Source: an uncultured bacterium (lineage in GTDB: Bacteria > Krumholzibacteriota > Krumholzibacteriia > LZORAL124-64-63). Taken from it: DNA of 64,000 nt. Of the stretch, positions 19,151 through 28,686 are shown one piece after another; within the stretch, counting starts at the first letter, position 1; each line of letters begins with the position of its first letter. The stretch is taken from NCBI GenBank assembly GCA_963732385.1, contig CAVSZB010000008.1, positions 352,001 through 416,000 of the forward strand. Reading direction: 5' to 3'. A program made the translations under genes and the position numbers. The notes beneath the pieces are model-generated. The model had not been told where the DNA came from, did not search any database, and saw only the letters and a list, made by a program, of their open reading frames with translations.

Positions 19151-21544
19151 TTGTCCGATCCCGTGTCGTCGCGCGTGACGCCGAATTCCGTGGCCGACCG
19201 GCCGCGGCCGTGGCGGCGGCTCGTGCGTCGCCTGCCGCTGACGTTCACGCTGGTCGTCGGCATCCTGGTCGTCAACGGGCTCGGTGGCTGGCTCGCCCGG
19301 CCGCTGCCGCGGCTGGAGCTCGAGCGCTGGGGGCTCGGCTTCGCGGACATCGTGGCCGGACACCTCGGACGTCTGCTGACCACGCCGTTCCTGGTGCTGC
19401 GGCCGGCGATGGCGGTCTCGACGGTCGCGATCATCCTGCTCTTCGTCGGCACCTGCGAACTGCTCCTGCGCACGCGGCGGGCGGCCGTGGTCTTCGCGGC
19501 CGGCCATGTGACCGCCTATCTGGGCGCGTACGGGCTGCTCGCGCTGCTGGCGCGGCTCGGTGTCGGCGAGGCGGCGGCGCTGCTGGTCCAGCGCGATGTC
19601 GGCGCCTCCAACGGGGCGTTCGCGGCGGCCGGCGCGGCGCTGGTGTGGCTGCCGGCGGGGGTGCGGCGCCCGGTGGTCTCGCTGCTCGTGCTCTATCTCG
19701 TCGGCGCGTTGCTGCTCTCGCACCGGATCTGGGATCTGAGCCATGCGCTCGCCTTCGCGACCGGCCTGGGCCTGGGCGTCTGGCTGCTGCGACGCGAGGG
19801 ACGCGCGTTCGACGGGCTGATCGTCCGCCCGGTGATCACGCGACGCCAGCGGCCGCAGATCCTGGCGGCGCTGGTGGCGACGATGGGGATCGTCGACGTG
19901 CTGGCGTCGTTCCTGTTGCCGCATCACGCGGGGTTCGCGCGGCTGGTCGACTGGCTGCCGCTGGGCGGTCCGCACCTGCCGCGGCATCTGCTGGTGCTGG
20001 GCGGGTTGTCGCTGACGATCGTCGCCGGCGGCCTGGGACGCGCCCAGCGCACCGCCTGGTGGATCGCGTTCGTGGCCCTGCTGCTCTCCTTCCTGCTGCA
20101 CCTGCAGCTGGAGGTCAGCGCCGTAGGCGCGTTGCTGGCCGTCGGTCTGATCGTGATGCTGGTCGCGTGGAAGGATGATCTGCGCGCGCCGACGTGCCGG
20201 CCGGCGCTGCGCGATGCGGGACGCTGGCTGCGCAATCTCGCGCTCGGTCTGCCGGCGGCCGGCGTCGCCGGAGTGTTCGTGCTGCGGTCGCAGTTCGCGC
20301 CGCTGCCGGCCTGGCGGCTCGTGGCGGGCGACCTGGCGCGGCGACTGCTGTTCCAGCCGCCGCAGCGCCTGGTCGCGCACGAGCATCCGGCGGCGTGGTT
20401 GCTGGCGGCCCTGCCGCTGGTCTGGTGGGGCGGCCTGCTCGTCTGCCTCGTCCAGCTGCTGCGCGGCGTGCGCCCGCGGGCCGCCTCCCCGGACGAACGG
20501 GAACGGGCGCGCGGCATCATGCTGGCGCACGGCGGCACCGGCACGGCGTTCATGACCCTCTGGCCCGGCAACGCGCTGTTCTTCGCGCCGGGCGACGAAG
20601 CCTACGTCGCCTATCGCGTCCATGCCCAGGTGGCGGTCGCGCTTGGCGATCCGGTCGGTCCCGCGGCGGCGGCGGCCGGCGCCGTGGCCGCCTTCGACGC
20701 GCACTGCGCCGCCATGGGCTGGACGCCGGTGTTCTTCGCCGTCGGCGACCGGCTGCCGGGCGTCTACGCCGCCGCCGGCCTGCAGCGGCTGAGAATCGGC
20801 GAGGAGGCGGTGCTGCCGCTGGCCGGGCTCGAGTTCAAGGGGCGCGACTGGCAGAACATGCGCACGGCGCTGAACCGGGCGCAGCGGGAGGGGTTGGCGT
20901 TCCACCTCTACGAGGGGGGGACGGTGCCGGCGGCGATCGAAGCGCAGCTGTTCGCCATCAGCGCCGAGTGGCAGCAGGGCAAGGGACTGCCGCCGCTCGG
21001 CTTCACGCTCGGCACGACCGAAGACGTGCGCGACCCGGCCGTCGACGTCGCCGTGGCGGTCGCCGCGGACGGCCGCGTGCAGGCGTTCGCCGACTGGCTG
21101 CCGGTGCCGGCGACCGGTGGCTGGGTCATCGACCTGATGCGTCGCCGCGCCGACGCGATGAGCGGCATCATGGAGTACCTGATCGGGATGTCGCTGCTGG
21201 CGTTCCAGCAACGCGGCGACAGCTTCGCCAGCCTGGCGACCGCGCCGCTGGCCGATCTGGACCGCGAGGCGGAGGCGTCGCTGCCGGGGGTCGTGATGAA
21301 GGCGCTGTTCGAGAACTTCGAGACCTTCTACGACTTCCGTTCGCTGTTCGATTTCAAGGATCGTTTCAAGCCGCGCTGGGAGCCGGTCTATCTCGCCTAC
21401 CGCGATTCCGCCACGCTGCCGGCCGCCGCCATGGCGGTGTTGCGCGCCCACCTGCCGGAACTCGATGCGACCGGCGTGGCCCGCCTGCTCGGCGGATCGC
21501 TGGCCGACCGCCTGCCGCTGCTGCGGACCGCGCAGTCGGACTGA
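19151..21544 (+). CDS. Aminoacyl-phosphatidylglycerol synthase-like (MprF/DUF2156) protein with N-terminal rhomboid-like membrane domain
   Basis: Many TM helices, RDVGASNG and DLSHALAFATG; C-terminal ALGDPVG, RIGEEAVL, DLMRR, SLATAPLA, FYDFRSLFDFKDRFKPRWEPVYL typical of LPG-synthase C-terminal domains. Confidence 0.85.
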   Translation: MSDPVSSRVTPNSVADRPRPWRRLVRRLPLTFTLVVGILVVNGLGGWLARPLPRLELERWGLGFADIVAGHLGRLLTTPFLVLRPAMAVSTVAIILLFVGTCELLLRTRRAAVVFAAGHVTAYLGAYGLLALLARLGVGEAAALLVQRDVGASNGAFAAAGAALVWLPAGVRRPVVSLLVLYLVGALLLSHRIWDLSHALAFATGLGLGVWLLRREGRAFDGLIVRPVITRRQRPQILAALVATMGIVDVLASFLLPHHAGFARLVDWLPLGGPHLPRHLLVLGGLSLTIVAGGLGRAQRTAWWIAFVALLLSFLLHLQLEVSAVGALLAVGLIVMLVAWKDDLRAPTCRPALRDAGRWLRNLALGLPAAGVAGVFVLRSQFAPLPAWRLVAGDLARRLLFQPPQRLVAHEHPAAWLLAALPLVWWGGLLVCLVQLLRGVRPRAASPDERERARGIMLAHGGTGTAFMTLWPGNALFFAPGDEAYVAYRVHAQVAVALGDPVGPAAAAAGAVAAFDAHCAAMGWTPVFFAVGDRLPGVYAAAGLQRLRIGEEAVLPLAGLEFKGRDWQNMRTALNRAQREGLAFHLYEGGTVPAAIEAQLFAISAEWQQGKGLPPLGFTLGTTEDVRDPAVDVAVAVAADGRVQAFADWLPVPATGGWVIDLMRRRADAMSGIMEYLIGMSLLAFQQRGDSFASLATAPLADLDREAEASLPGVVMKALFENFETFYDFRSLFDFKDRFKPRWEPVYLAYRDSATLPAAAMAVLRAHLPELDATGVARLLGGSLADRLPLLRTAQSD

Positions 21545-21574
21545 ACGGCGTGTCGGCACCGGTCCGCGCGCCGG

Positions 21575-22072
21575 TCAGACCAGCGTGATTCCCTCCAGTT
21601 CGAGCAGCCGCGCCTTGATCGACAGGCCGCCGGCGTAGCCGGTCAGCGAGCCGTCAGCGCCGACGATGCGGTGGCACGGGATGACGATCGGCAGCGGGTT
21701 GGCGCCGTTGGCGGCGCCGACCGCGCGCACGGCGCGGGGGCGGCCGATGCGGCGGGCGATCTCGCCGTAGGAGGCGGTGGCGCCCCAGGGCACCCCGAGC
21801 AGCGCCTCCCAGACCGCGCGGCGAAACGGCGTGCCGTGCGGGGCGAGCGGCAGGTCGAAGACCCGCAGACGGCTGGCGAAGTAGGCGGCCAGTTGCTTCG
21901 CCGCCTCGCGCAGGACCGGGTCGTCGGGGCGTCCGGCGGCGGCGCGGCCGCGGGCGTGGAAATCGATCGCGGTGAGCGCGGCCCCGTCGCCCGTCAGGCG
22001 CAGGGGGCCGAGCGGGCTGGGCACCACGCAGGCGGGCAGGTCGACGGGGCGGGGATCGCTCGCGCTGGACAC
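21575..22072 (-). CDS. ogt: Methylated-DNA--protein-cysteine methyltransferase
   Basis: [37 protein letters not shown] active-site motif; GAGGAGG upstream of GTG. Confidence 0.95.
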   Translation of the reverse strand: MSSASDPRPVDLPACVVPSPLGPLRLTGDGAALTAIDFHARGRAAAGRPDDPVLREAAKQLAAYFASRLRVFDLPLAPHGTPFRRAVWEALLGVPWGATASYGEIARRIGRPRAVRAVGAANGANPLPIVIPCHRIVGADGSLTGYAGGLSIKARLLELEGITLV

Positions 22073-22162
22073 GGTTGCCTCCTCGTCGCGGCCGTCGGCG
22101 GCCGCCGGTCTGATCTCCTGTGTGCAGCCGGCTGCACACGATTCCTTAAGTGCGACGACTCC

Positions 22163-23614
22163 TCAGCCGGCCGACTGCCAGAGGTGCAGGGTGGCGTAGG
22201 CGCGCCAGGGGCGCCAGGCCTCGGCGCGGGCCTGCGCGGCGGCGGCGGTGGCCGGCCGGTCGTCGCCAGCGGCGAGGGCGCGGCGGACGCCGAGGTCGCC
22301 GGCGGGGAAGGCGTCGGGGTCGCCGAGGGCGCGCAGCGCCACATACTGCGCGGTCCATGGGCCGATGCCGGGCAGCGACTCGAGGCGGGCGCGCAGGTCG
22401 TCCGGGTCGGCGGCGTCGTCGAGATCGAGACGGCCGTCGCGCACCTCGGTCGCCAGCCGGACCAGCGTGGCCGCCCGGGCGCCGGTGAGGCCGAGGCGGG
22501 TCAGGTCGGCCTGCGCGAGCGCGGCGGGCGTGGGGAAGAGGCGGGTCGGGCCGCCGGTCGGGGCGTTGGGCAGCGGCTCGCCGAGCGTGGCGGCCAGCCT
22601 TCCGGCCAGCGTGCGGGCGGCGGCCACGCTCACCTGCTGGCCGAGCACGGCGCGCACCGCCAGCTCGAAGCGGTTCCAGGCGCCCGGCACGCGCAGCCCG
22701 GGACGGGCGCGCACGCGCGGGGCGAGCAGCGGGTCGCGGCGCAGGTCGCGGTCGATGGCGGCGGGGTCGGCGTCGAGGTCGCAGAGGCGGCGCGTCCGCA
22801 GGACGAGGTCGGCCAGCGCCGGGGCCAGCGCCACCGGCGCGCGCAGTTCGAGGTGCGCCGCGCGAGCGGCCGGCCGGATCGCGATCACGCCGGCCGCAGC
22901 CCCGGCCCGCACGGCGCGGCGGTAGGTCGTAGCATCGACGCTCTCCACGCCGGGGATGGCCCGCTCGCGCAGGAAGGCGAGCAGCGCGGCCCAGGCCAGC
23001 GGCGGGCGGTACGGCAGGCACAGCGTCAACACGCCCGTCTCAGCGGCGCCGGACGATCGGCGCAGCGCGGACGGCGGCGCGCCGAATGTGGCGCGCAGGG
23101 CCGCGTTGAAGCGGCGCACACTGCCGTATCCGGAAGCCAGCGCGATCCTGGTGAGCGGCAGGTCGGTCTGATCGACGAGCAGACGCGCGAAGTGCGCGCG
23201 GCGGGTCTGCGCAACGGCCAGCGGCGAGGCGCCGAGGTGGTCGGCGAACAGACGGCGCAGGTGGCGGTCGCCGATGCCGAGGCGCGCCGCCAGCGTGGCG
23301 ACGTCCGCGCCGCGGCCGTCGAGCGCTCCGGCGTCGATCAGCCGCAGGGCCCGGCGCACGGTCACCGGGGCGCCGATCCAGGCGGGGCTGCCGGGCGCGG
23401 TTTCCGGGCGGCAACGGCGGCAGGGGCGGAAGCCGGCCTCCTCGGCGGCGGCGGCGCAGGAATAGAAGCTGACGTTGCCACGCCCGGGCGTCCGCGCCGG
23501 ACAGACCGGGCGGCAGTAGATGCCGGTCGTCGTGACGGCGGTGAAGAACCGGCCGTCGAAGCGGGCGTCGCGGCTGGCGACGGCGCGGTAGCAGATGTCG
23601 GGGTCGAGCGTCAT
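22163..23614 (-). CDS. alkA: Ada (Zn-binding/AraC HTH)-AlkA DNA-3-methyladenine glycosylase fusion
   Basis: RDARFDGRFFTAVTTTGIYCRPVCPA and GFRPCRRCRP (Ada N-terminus); AraC HTH; AlkA HhH LPGIGPWTA...DAFPAGDLG, WRPWRAYA. Confidence 0.93.
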   Translation of the reverse strand: MTLDPDICYRAVASRDARFDGRFFTAVTTTGIYCRPVCPARTPGRGNVSFYSCAAAAEEAGFRPCRRCRPETAPGSPAWIGAPVTVRRALRLIDAGALDGRGADVATLAARLGIGDRHLRRLFADHLGASPLAVAQTRRAHFARLLVDQTDLPLTRIALASGYGSVRRFNAALRATFGAPPSALRRSSGAAETGVLTLCLPYRPPLAWAALLAFLRERAIPGVESVDATTYRRAVRAGAAAGVIAIRPAARAAHLELRAPVALAPALADLVLRTRRLCDLDADPAAIDRDLRRDPLLAPRVRARPGLRVPGAWNRFELAVRAVLGQQVSVAAARTLAGRLAATLGEPLPNAPTGGPTRLFPTPAALAQADLTRLGLTGARAATLVRLATEVRDGRLDLDDAADPDDLRARLESLPGIGPWTAQYVALRALGDPDAFPAGDLGVRRALAAGDDRPATAAAAQARAEAWRPWRAYATLHLWQSAG

Positions 23615-23620
23615 GCGCGT

Positions 23621-23626
23621 ATCATA
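23621..23626 (-). promoter_or_regulatory. Putative -10 box (TATGAT) 6 nt upstream of the ada-alkA ATG, probably leaderless
   Basis: Minus strand reads TATGAT-ACGCGC-ATG with no Shine-Dalgarno. Confidence 0.5.
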
Positions 23627-23674
23627 CGCGAGACGCGCCCGGGCGGCTGGCCGTTTTCGGCTGTGGCGGCGGGG

Positions 23675-23908
23675 TCAGGCGAGCGGCAGCGGCTTGCAGA
23701 GCAGGTGGCGGTCGTTGGCGGCGCGGCCGCACTTGCGGCAGACATGCGTGGCGCCGAGCACCGCCTCCGCCATGATCGTGGCGTCTGCGAAGGTCTCGAC
23801 GTCCCATTTGCAGACCGGGTGGCGCGTCGCCGCCCCGGCCGGCGCGTCCGCAGCGGCCTTTCGGCCCGCCTTCCGCGCCTTGTCCCGCTTGTCCTTCTTC
23901 TTGCCCAT
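23675..23908 (-). CDS. Small basic Cys-rich hypothetical protein
   Basis: GGAGG RBS; Lys-rich N-terminus; VCKW...HVCRKCGRAA...LLCKP, a possible metal-binding motif. Confidence 0.7.
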   Translation of the reverse strand: MGKKKDKRDKARKAGRKAAADAPAGAATRHPVCKWDVETFADATIMAEAVLGATHVCRKCGRAANDRHLLCKPLPLA

Positions 23909-23965
23909 CGTCGCCTCCAGCTGCCCGGGTCCCGGTTCGGCGCCGGGGTCGGTGGGTCAGATGTT

Positions 23966-23981
23966 AGCAACGATTGTTCCG
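23966..23981 (-). promoter_or_regulatory. Candidate sigma-54 (-24/-12) promoter
   Basis: Minus strand CGGAACAATCGTTGCT = GG-N10-GC, ~60 nt upstream of the small Cys-rich gene. Confidence 0.35.
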
Positions 23982-24005
23982 GACCGCCGCCCGGACCGGT
24001 ATCGG

Positions 24006-24578
24006 CTACTTCCGCTTGAGCACCGCGCGCCAGCCGCCGGCAGCCGACGCCAAGGGGCGGTTCAGCTTGAGGACGCCGCCCAGCATTTCGGTCGTGTAGA
24101 ACGCGTCGGGGGCGGTCTGCTTGACGATCCGCAGGATCCGCGCGAGCTCCCGCCGGCGGCAGACGATGTAGACCATCGTGACCGGCCCGTGCAGCCCCTC
24201 GCCGGGGAAGACCGTCACGCCGAACCCCTCGGCGCGGACGAGCGCCGGCAGGGTGTCGACGCCGTGGGGGCAGATCACCCGCAGCGCGACATCGCCGAAG
24301 GCGATTTTCCGCTCCAGCATGATGCCGGCGATGTTGCCGGTGGCGAAGCCGAGCGCGTAGAACAGCCCCAGGATCGGCCGCGCCGCGACCTTGTCGAGGA
24401 CCGCCGCGATCACGACGAGCCACATCGACACTTCGACGAAGCCGAGGAAGAACGAAACCCAGGTGCGGCCCTGCACGATGGCCAGCGTGCGCAGAGTGCC
24501 CAGCGACACATCGCCCACGCGCGCCACGAAGATCAGCGCGCCCAGCGCCAGGGTGGGTCCGTCAAGTCCGCTGGTCAT
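24006..24578 (-). CDS. UPF0316/DUF2179-family membrane protein
   Basis: IFVARVGDVSLGTLR, GFVEVSMW, YALGFATGNIAG, GFGVTVFPGEG, PDAFYT. Confidence 0.85.
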   Translation of the reverse strand: MTSGLDGPTLALGALIFVARVGDVSLGTLRTLAIVQGRTWVSFFLGFVEVSMWLVVIAAVLDKVAARPILGLFYALGFATGNIAGIMLERKIAFGDVALRVICPHGVDTLPALVRAEGFGVTVFPGEGLHGPVTMVYIVCRRRELARILRIVKQTAPDAFYTTEMLGGVLKLNRPLASAAGGWRAVLKRK

Positions 24579-24587
24579 CCGTCCGTC

Positions 24588-25850
24588 CTACGCCCGGTCG
24601 AAGTCGCGGCCCATGTTCGCGATCAGCGCCGTGGCGAACTCGCTCGTCTTCACTTCGCGGGCCCCCTGCATCAGCCGCGCAAAGTCGTAGGTGACGACCT
24701 TGTCCCTGACCGTTCGCTGGAAGGCGTCGATGATCAGCTTGCCGGCCTCGTCCCAGCCCATGTACTCGAGCATCATCACGCCGGAGAACAGCAGGCTGCC
24801 GGGGTTGACCTTGTCCTGGTCCGCGTACTTGGGGGCGGTGCCGTGCGTGGCTTCGAACAGCGCGGTGCCGTCGCCGATATTGGCGCCCGGAGCGATGCCG
24901 ATGCCGCCCACCTGGGCCGCCGTCGCATCGCTCATGTAGTCGCCGTTGAGATTGGGCATCGCGAGCACCGAGAACTCGCTCGGCCGCAGCAGCATCAGCT
25001 GGAAGGCGATGTCGGCGATGCGGTCCTTGATGACGATCTTACCGGCCGGCTGCTTGCCGCCGTAGACGGAGTACAGTTCGTCCTCGGTTATCGTCACGTC
25101 GCCGAACTCCTGCTTCGCCAGCTCGTAGCCCCAGGCGCGGAACGCCCCCTCGGTGTACTTCTGGATGTTGCCCTTGTGCACGAGCGTCACGCTTGGCAGG
25201 CCGCGCTCGACCGCATAGCGGATCGCCTTGCGCACCAGCCGCTTCGTGCCGAACTCGCTGATCGGCTTGATGCCGATGCCGGCGTCGTCGCGGATGGTGA
25301 CGTTGAATTCCTGCTTGAAGAAGGCGCGAATCTTCGCGGCCTGCGCGCTGTCCCAGGCGAACTCGATGCCGGCGTACACGTCTTCGGTGTTCTCGCGGAA
25401 GATGCAGATGTCCACCTGGGTGGGGTCGAGCATCGGGCTGGGCACCCCGGCGTAGTGGCGGACCGGCCGGATGCAGGCGTAGAGATCGAGCAGGATGCGC
25501 AAAGAGACGTTCAGACTGCGGAAGCCGCCGCCGACCGGCGTCGTGAGCGGTCCCTTGATGGCGACGACATACTCGCGGATCGCCTCGACCGTCTCGTCCG
25601 GCAGCGGGTTGCCGGCGTACTTCGCCATCGCCGCTTCGCCGGCGTAGAGGTTCATCCAGGCGATGCGGCGCCGGCCGCGATACGCCTTCTCCACCGCCGC
25701 GTCCCAGATGCGCAGACAGGCGCGCGTGATGTCGGGGCCGATGCCGTCGCCCTCGATCACGCCGACGATCGGGTGGTCGGGCACGGTGAGGGTCCCGTTG
25801 CGGTAGGTGATCTTCTCGCCCGCGGGCACCACGATCTTGTCGAACGCCAT
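24588..25850 (-). CDS. icd: NADP-dependent isocitrate dehydrogenase (E. coli-type homodimer)
   Basis: [59 protein letters not shown] (NADP determinants K/Y/Y/R); AAGGAG upstream. Confidence 0.96.
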   Translation of the reverse strand: MAFDKIVVPAGEKITYRNGTLTVPDHPIVGVIEGDGIGPDITRACLRIWDAAVEKAYRGRRRIAWMNLYAGEAAMAKYAGNPLPDETVEAIREYVVAIKGPLTTPVGGGFRSLNVSLRILLDLYACIRPVRHYAGVPSPMLDPTQVDICIFRENTEDVYAGIEFAWDSAQAAKIRAFFKQEFNVTIRDDAGIGIKPISEFGTKRLVRKAIRYAVERGLPSVTLVHKGNIQKYTEGAFRAWGYELAKQEFGDVTITEDELYSVYGGKQPAGKIVIKDRIADIAFQLMLLRPSEFSVLAMPNLNGDYMSDATAAQVGGIGIAPGANIGDGTALFEATHGTAPKYADQDKVNPGSLLFSGVMMLEYMGWDEAGKLIIDAFQRTVRDKVVTYDFARLMQGAREVKTSEFATALIANMGRDFDRA

Positions 25851-25985
25851 GGGACCGTCTCCTTGCTGATGGCGGGAACCGGCGGCGGCGGGTGCCGTCG
25901 CGGGCAGAATATTAACCGATCGCCGGGACAATGGAAAGCAGCGGGTGGGCCGGCGATCGCCGGCGCCGGGCGTGGCGGTCGCGCG

Positions 25986-27503
25986 TCAGTCGGCCGCGGG
26001 GCCAGGGCCGGGCGCCAGCGGCAGGCTGAAGCGGAAACAGGCCCCCTCGCCGGGACGACTTTCGACATCCAGCCGGCTGCCGTGTCCCTCGATGATGCGC
26101 GAGACGATGGCCAGGCCGAGACCCGAGCCGTGGGTCTGGCCGCCCCGGCTGGGGTCGGCGGTATAGAAGCGGTCGAAGATGTGCGGCAGATGTTCGGCGG
26201 CGATGCCGCGGCCCGTGTCGCTCACTTCGGTGAGCACGCCGTCCGCGGTGGCGCGCAGCGTCAACGTGACGGAGCCGCCCGCGCGATTGAACTTGATCCC
26301 GTTCTCGATCAGGTTCTGCAGCACCTGGCCGATGCGCAGCGGGTCGGCGCGCACCGGCGCCAGTTCCGCGGGCAGGTCGCACCGCAGCGCGACGCGCCGC
26401 TCGGCGGCGATGGTCTCGCTGCGCGCGATAACCTCGTGGCACAGTTCCGGAAGCGAGAAGTCCTCGACGCGGAACTCCGCCTGCCCGGCGTCGAGGCGCG
26501 ACAGCTCCAGCATCCGTCCGACCAGTCGTTCGAGGATATCCACGTTCGATCGGAGCACCGCCAGATAGCGGTTGCGCTGTTCGGTCGGGAGGGTGTCGCC
26601 GCGCAACTCGAGCGTCTCCACATAACCGCGCAGGCTGGCCAGCGGCGTGCGCAGGTCGTGCGAAAGGTTCCCCAGAAGCTGACGCTGGAACTCCTCCGAC
26701 ATGCGCAGTTGTCCGATCAGCGCGGCGAGGTGGTCGGCCATGGCGTTGAAATCGCGGCTCAGCCGTCCCAGCTCGTCAGCGGAGCGGTCCGGCACACGAC
26801 GCGTGTAGTCCCCCTCGCGGAAGGCCGCCAGCCCCGCGGAAAGCGCCGCGATGCGCCGGCTGATCCAGGCCATCAGGATCACGCCGCTGAGGGCGGAGAA
26901 CAGCAGGATCACCGCCGCCGCCTGCAGTGCGAGATGGCGTGTCGTGCGCTCGATTTCCCCCTCCTGGATGCTCACCGGGCGAAAACTGCCCACCAGATAG
27001 CCGGCGGGCCGGGCAGTGTCGGCATCGCCGGCGGAGCGTATTTTCGCCACGGCGAAGATCCGATTCTCGAAGGCGTCCACGTCATAAGGGTTGGGAAAGG
27101 ATTCGAAATCCCACTTCTTCAGGCACATCGAGTCGAGGAGCGCCGGGCTGACGCGCAAGAGCACGCGCGAGAGACTGTCGGGGCGCGACGAGGCGACGAT
27201 GGCGCCGTCGGCATCCAGCAGCGAGATCTCCGCCTGGTAGAGGCGCACCCGGTCGCCGTATCCCACCAGGATGCTGTCGAGGTCGGCGGGGATCGGCAGG
27301 TGGACAGGCAGCAGACGCGCCAGGCTGTCGAGTTCGGTCTTGCTGATCCTGTCGTACCAAGTGTCCTGGCCCGGCACCGAGTCGGCCTTGAAGACCGTGT
27401 TGTCGATCCAGAAGTAGTAGCCGACGGCGAACAGCGCCATCAGACCCAGGAACAGGGACGAGATACGGAAGTGCAGCGATCGCGTGAAACGGGGCAGGGG
27501 CAT
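25986..27503 (-). CDS. Membrane-bound HAMP sensor histidine kinase
   Basis: 2 TM, HAMP (DELGRLSRDFNAM), SHDLRTPL, NLIENGIKF, DTGRGI, GSGLGL. Confidence 0.93.
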   Translation of the reverse strand: MPLPRFTRSLHFRISSLFLGLMALFAVGYYFWIDNTVFKADSVPGQDTWYDRISKTELDSLARLLPVHLPIPADLDSILVGYGDRVRLYQAEISLLDADGAIVASSRPDSLSRVLLRVSPALLDSMCLKKWDFESFPNPYDVDAFENRIFAVAKIRSAGDADTARPAGYLVGSFRPVSIQEGEIERTTRHLALQAAAVILLFSALSGVILMAWISRRIAALSAGLAAFREGDYTRRVPDRSADELGRLSRDFNAMADHLAALIGQLRMSEEFQRQLLGNLSHDLRTPLASLRGYVETLELRGDTLPTEQRNRYLAVLRSNVDILERLVGRMLELSRLDAGQAEFRVEDFSLPELCHEVIARSETIAAERRVALRCDLPAELAPVRADPLRIGQVLQNLIENGIKFNRAGGSVTLTLRATADGVLTEVSDTGRGIAAEHLPHIFDRFYTADPSRGGQTHGSGLGLAIVSRIIEGHGSRLDVESRPGEGACFRFSLPLAPGPGPAAD

Positions 27504-27513
27504 GGTGCTCCGG

Positions 27514-28230
27514 TCAGAAATCCTCGCTGAAGCGATAGCCGATACCCCAGACCGTCAGGATCAGCTCCGGCCGGTTGGGGTCCGCCTCGATCTTGCCCCG
27601 CAGGCGGTTGATGTGGGAGTTGACCGTGTGCTCGTAGACGTCGGAGTCCTGGTTCCAGACCAGATCGAGCAGCTGGCGTCGCGAGAATGTGCGGCCGGGT
27701 CGCGCGGCCAGCGTGTGGAGCAGGTCGTACTCCTTGACCGTCAACTGCACCGGCTGGCCCTTCACCGTGACCTTGCGCATGCCGGGGTCGATGCGCAGGG
27801 GGCCCAGTTCGATCAACCTTTCCCGGTCGCCGCCGCCGGCCAGTTCAGCCGCGCGCTCGATGCGCCGCCGCAGCACCTTGATGCGCGCGGTCAGTTCGCG
27901 CACGCTGAACGGCTTGGTCATATAGTCATCGCAGCCCAGCTCGAGGCCGAGCACCTTGTCGGCCTCCTCGCCACGTGCCGTCAGCATGAGGACCGGGGTC
28001 AGGCCGTCGCGCTCGCGGATGTACCGCAGCACGTCGACCCCCGACAGTCCCGGCAGCATCCAGTCCAGGATGACCAGAGCCCACGGACCGTCCGCGAACG
28101 CGACCAGCGCGGTCGGCCCGTCGGTCGCCGCGGTCACCGTGTAGCCTTCGCTCTCGAGGTGCAGACGCACCAGTTCCACGAGATCGCGGTTGTCTTCGAT
28201 GATCAGGATCCTGCGCAGCGGCCCGTTCAC
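27514..28230 (-). CDS. OmpR/PhoB-family response regulator
   Basis: ILIIEDN, LDWMLPGLSG, DDYMTKPF; winged helix LTVKEYDLL...SHINRLRGKIE..TVWGIGYRF; GGAGGG RBS. Confidence 0.95.
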   Translation of the reverse strand: MNGPLRRILIIEDNRDLVELVRLHLESEGYTVTAATDGPTALVAFADGPWALVILDWMLPGLSGVDVLRYIRERDGLTPVLMLTARGEEADKVLGLELGCDDYMTKPFSVRELTARIKVLRRRIERAAELAGGGDRERLIELGPLRIDPGMRKVTVKGQPVQLTVKEYDLLHTLAARPGRTFSRRQLLDLVWNQDSDVYEHTVNSHINRLRGKIEADPNRPELILTVWGIGYRFSEDF

Positions 28231-28285
28231 GTGGTGTTCCCTCCGCGGTAAGGCGAGTGCGGCGCCGAGGCTGCGGAACCTCCCA

Positions 28286-28294
28286 ATTATATCA
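28286..28294 (-). promoter_or_regulatory. Extended -10 promoter (TGaTATAAT) for the RR-HK operon
   Basis: Minus strand TGATATAGGTGATATAAT ~56 nt upstream of the RR start. Confidence 0.55.
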
Positions 28295-28584
28295 CCTATA
28301 TCATCGTGCGCCGCGGTCGGAACTGCAAAGCCGCGCCACGGGCCGCCGCGACGCTCCGCGCTTCATGAACAGAAAAACCAACTTGCCGTGACGGAATCGT
28401 GAAGTATTGGCGCTTCAATCGATTCCGGTCCGGGCCCCCGGCCAAGGGAACGCGTGGTCGGCGTCCGCCGACGTTGTGGACGCCGCGCCCGGACACCACA
28501 AGCCTCCGGAACCGGACTGCGCTTTGGTTTCGGAGTTGGGGCTCGGGGTTGCCGGCGGGGGTGACCCCGAGCTTCTTGCTGTCC

Positions 28585-28600
28585 AGGCATGCCCCCTGCA
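28585..28600 (+). promoter_or_regulatory. Candidate sigma-54 promoter for the pilus operon
   Basis: AGGCATGCCCCCTGCA = GG-N10-GC, ~87 nt upstream of the ATPase ATG; imperfect match. Confidence 0.3.
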
Positions 28601-28686
28601 CCTGCCGCCTTGGGAGAAGCGCTGCTCGGCCCGGTCCGAAACGGACCCGGACGATAGCCCGGCGCGCCTCCCAGGGGGGGGATCGC

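Noticed and set aside
28495..28555. Canonical c-di-GMP-I riboswitch
   Set aside because: Only fragments match. The GGCAAAC...GAAA...GACGCAAAG core is absent, so it is kept only as an unclassified structured region.
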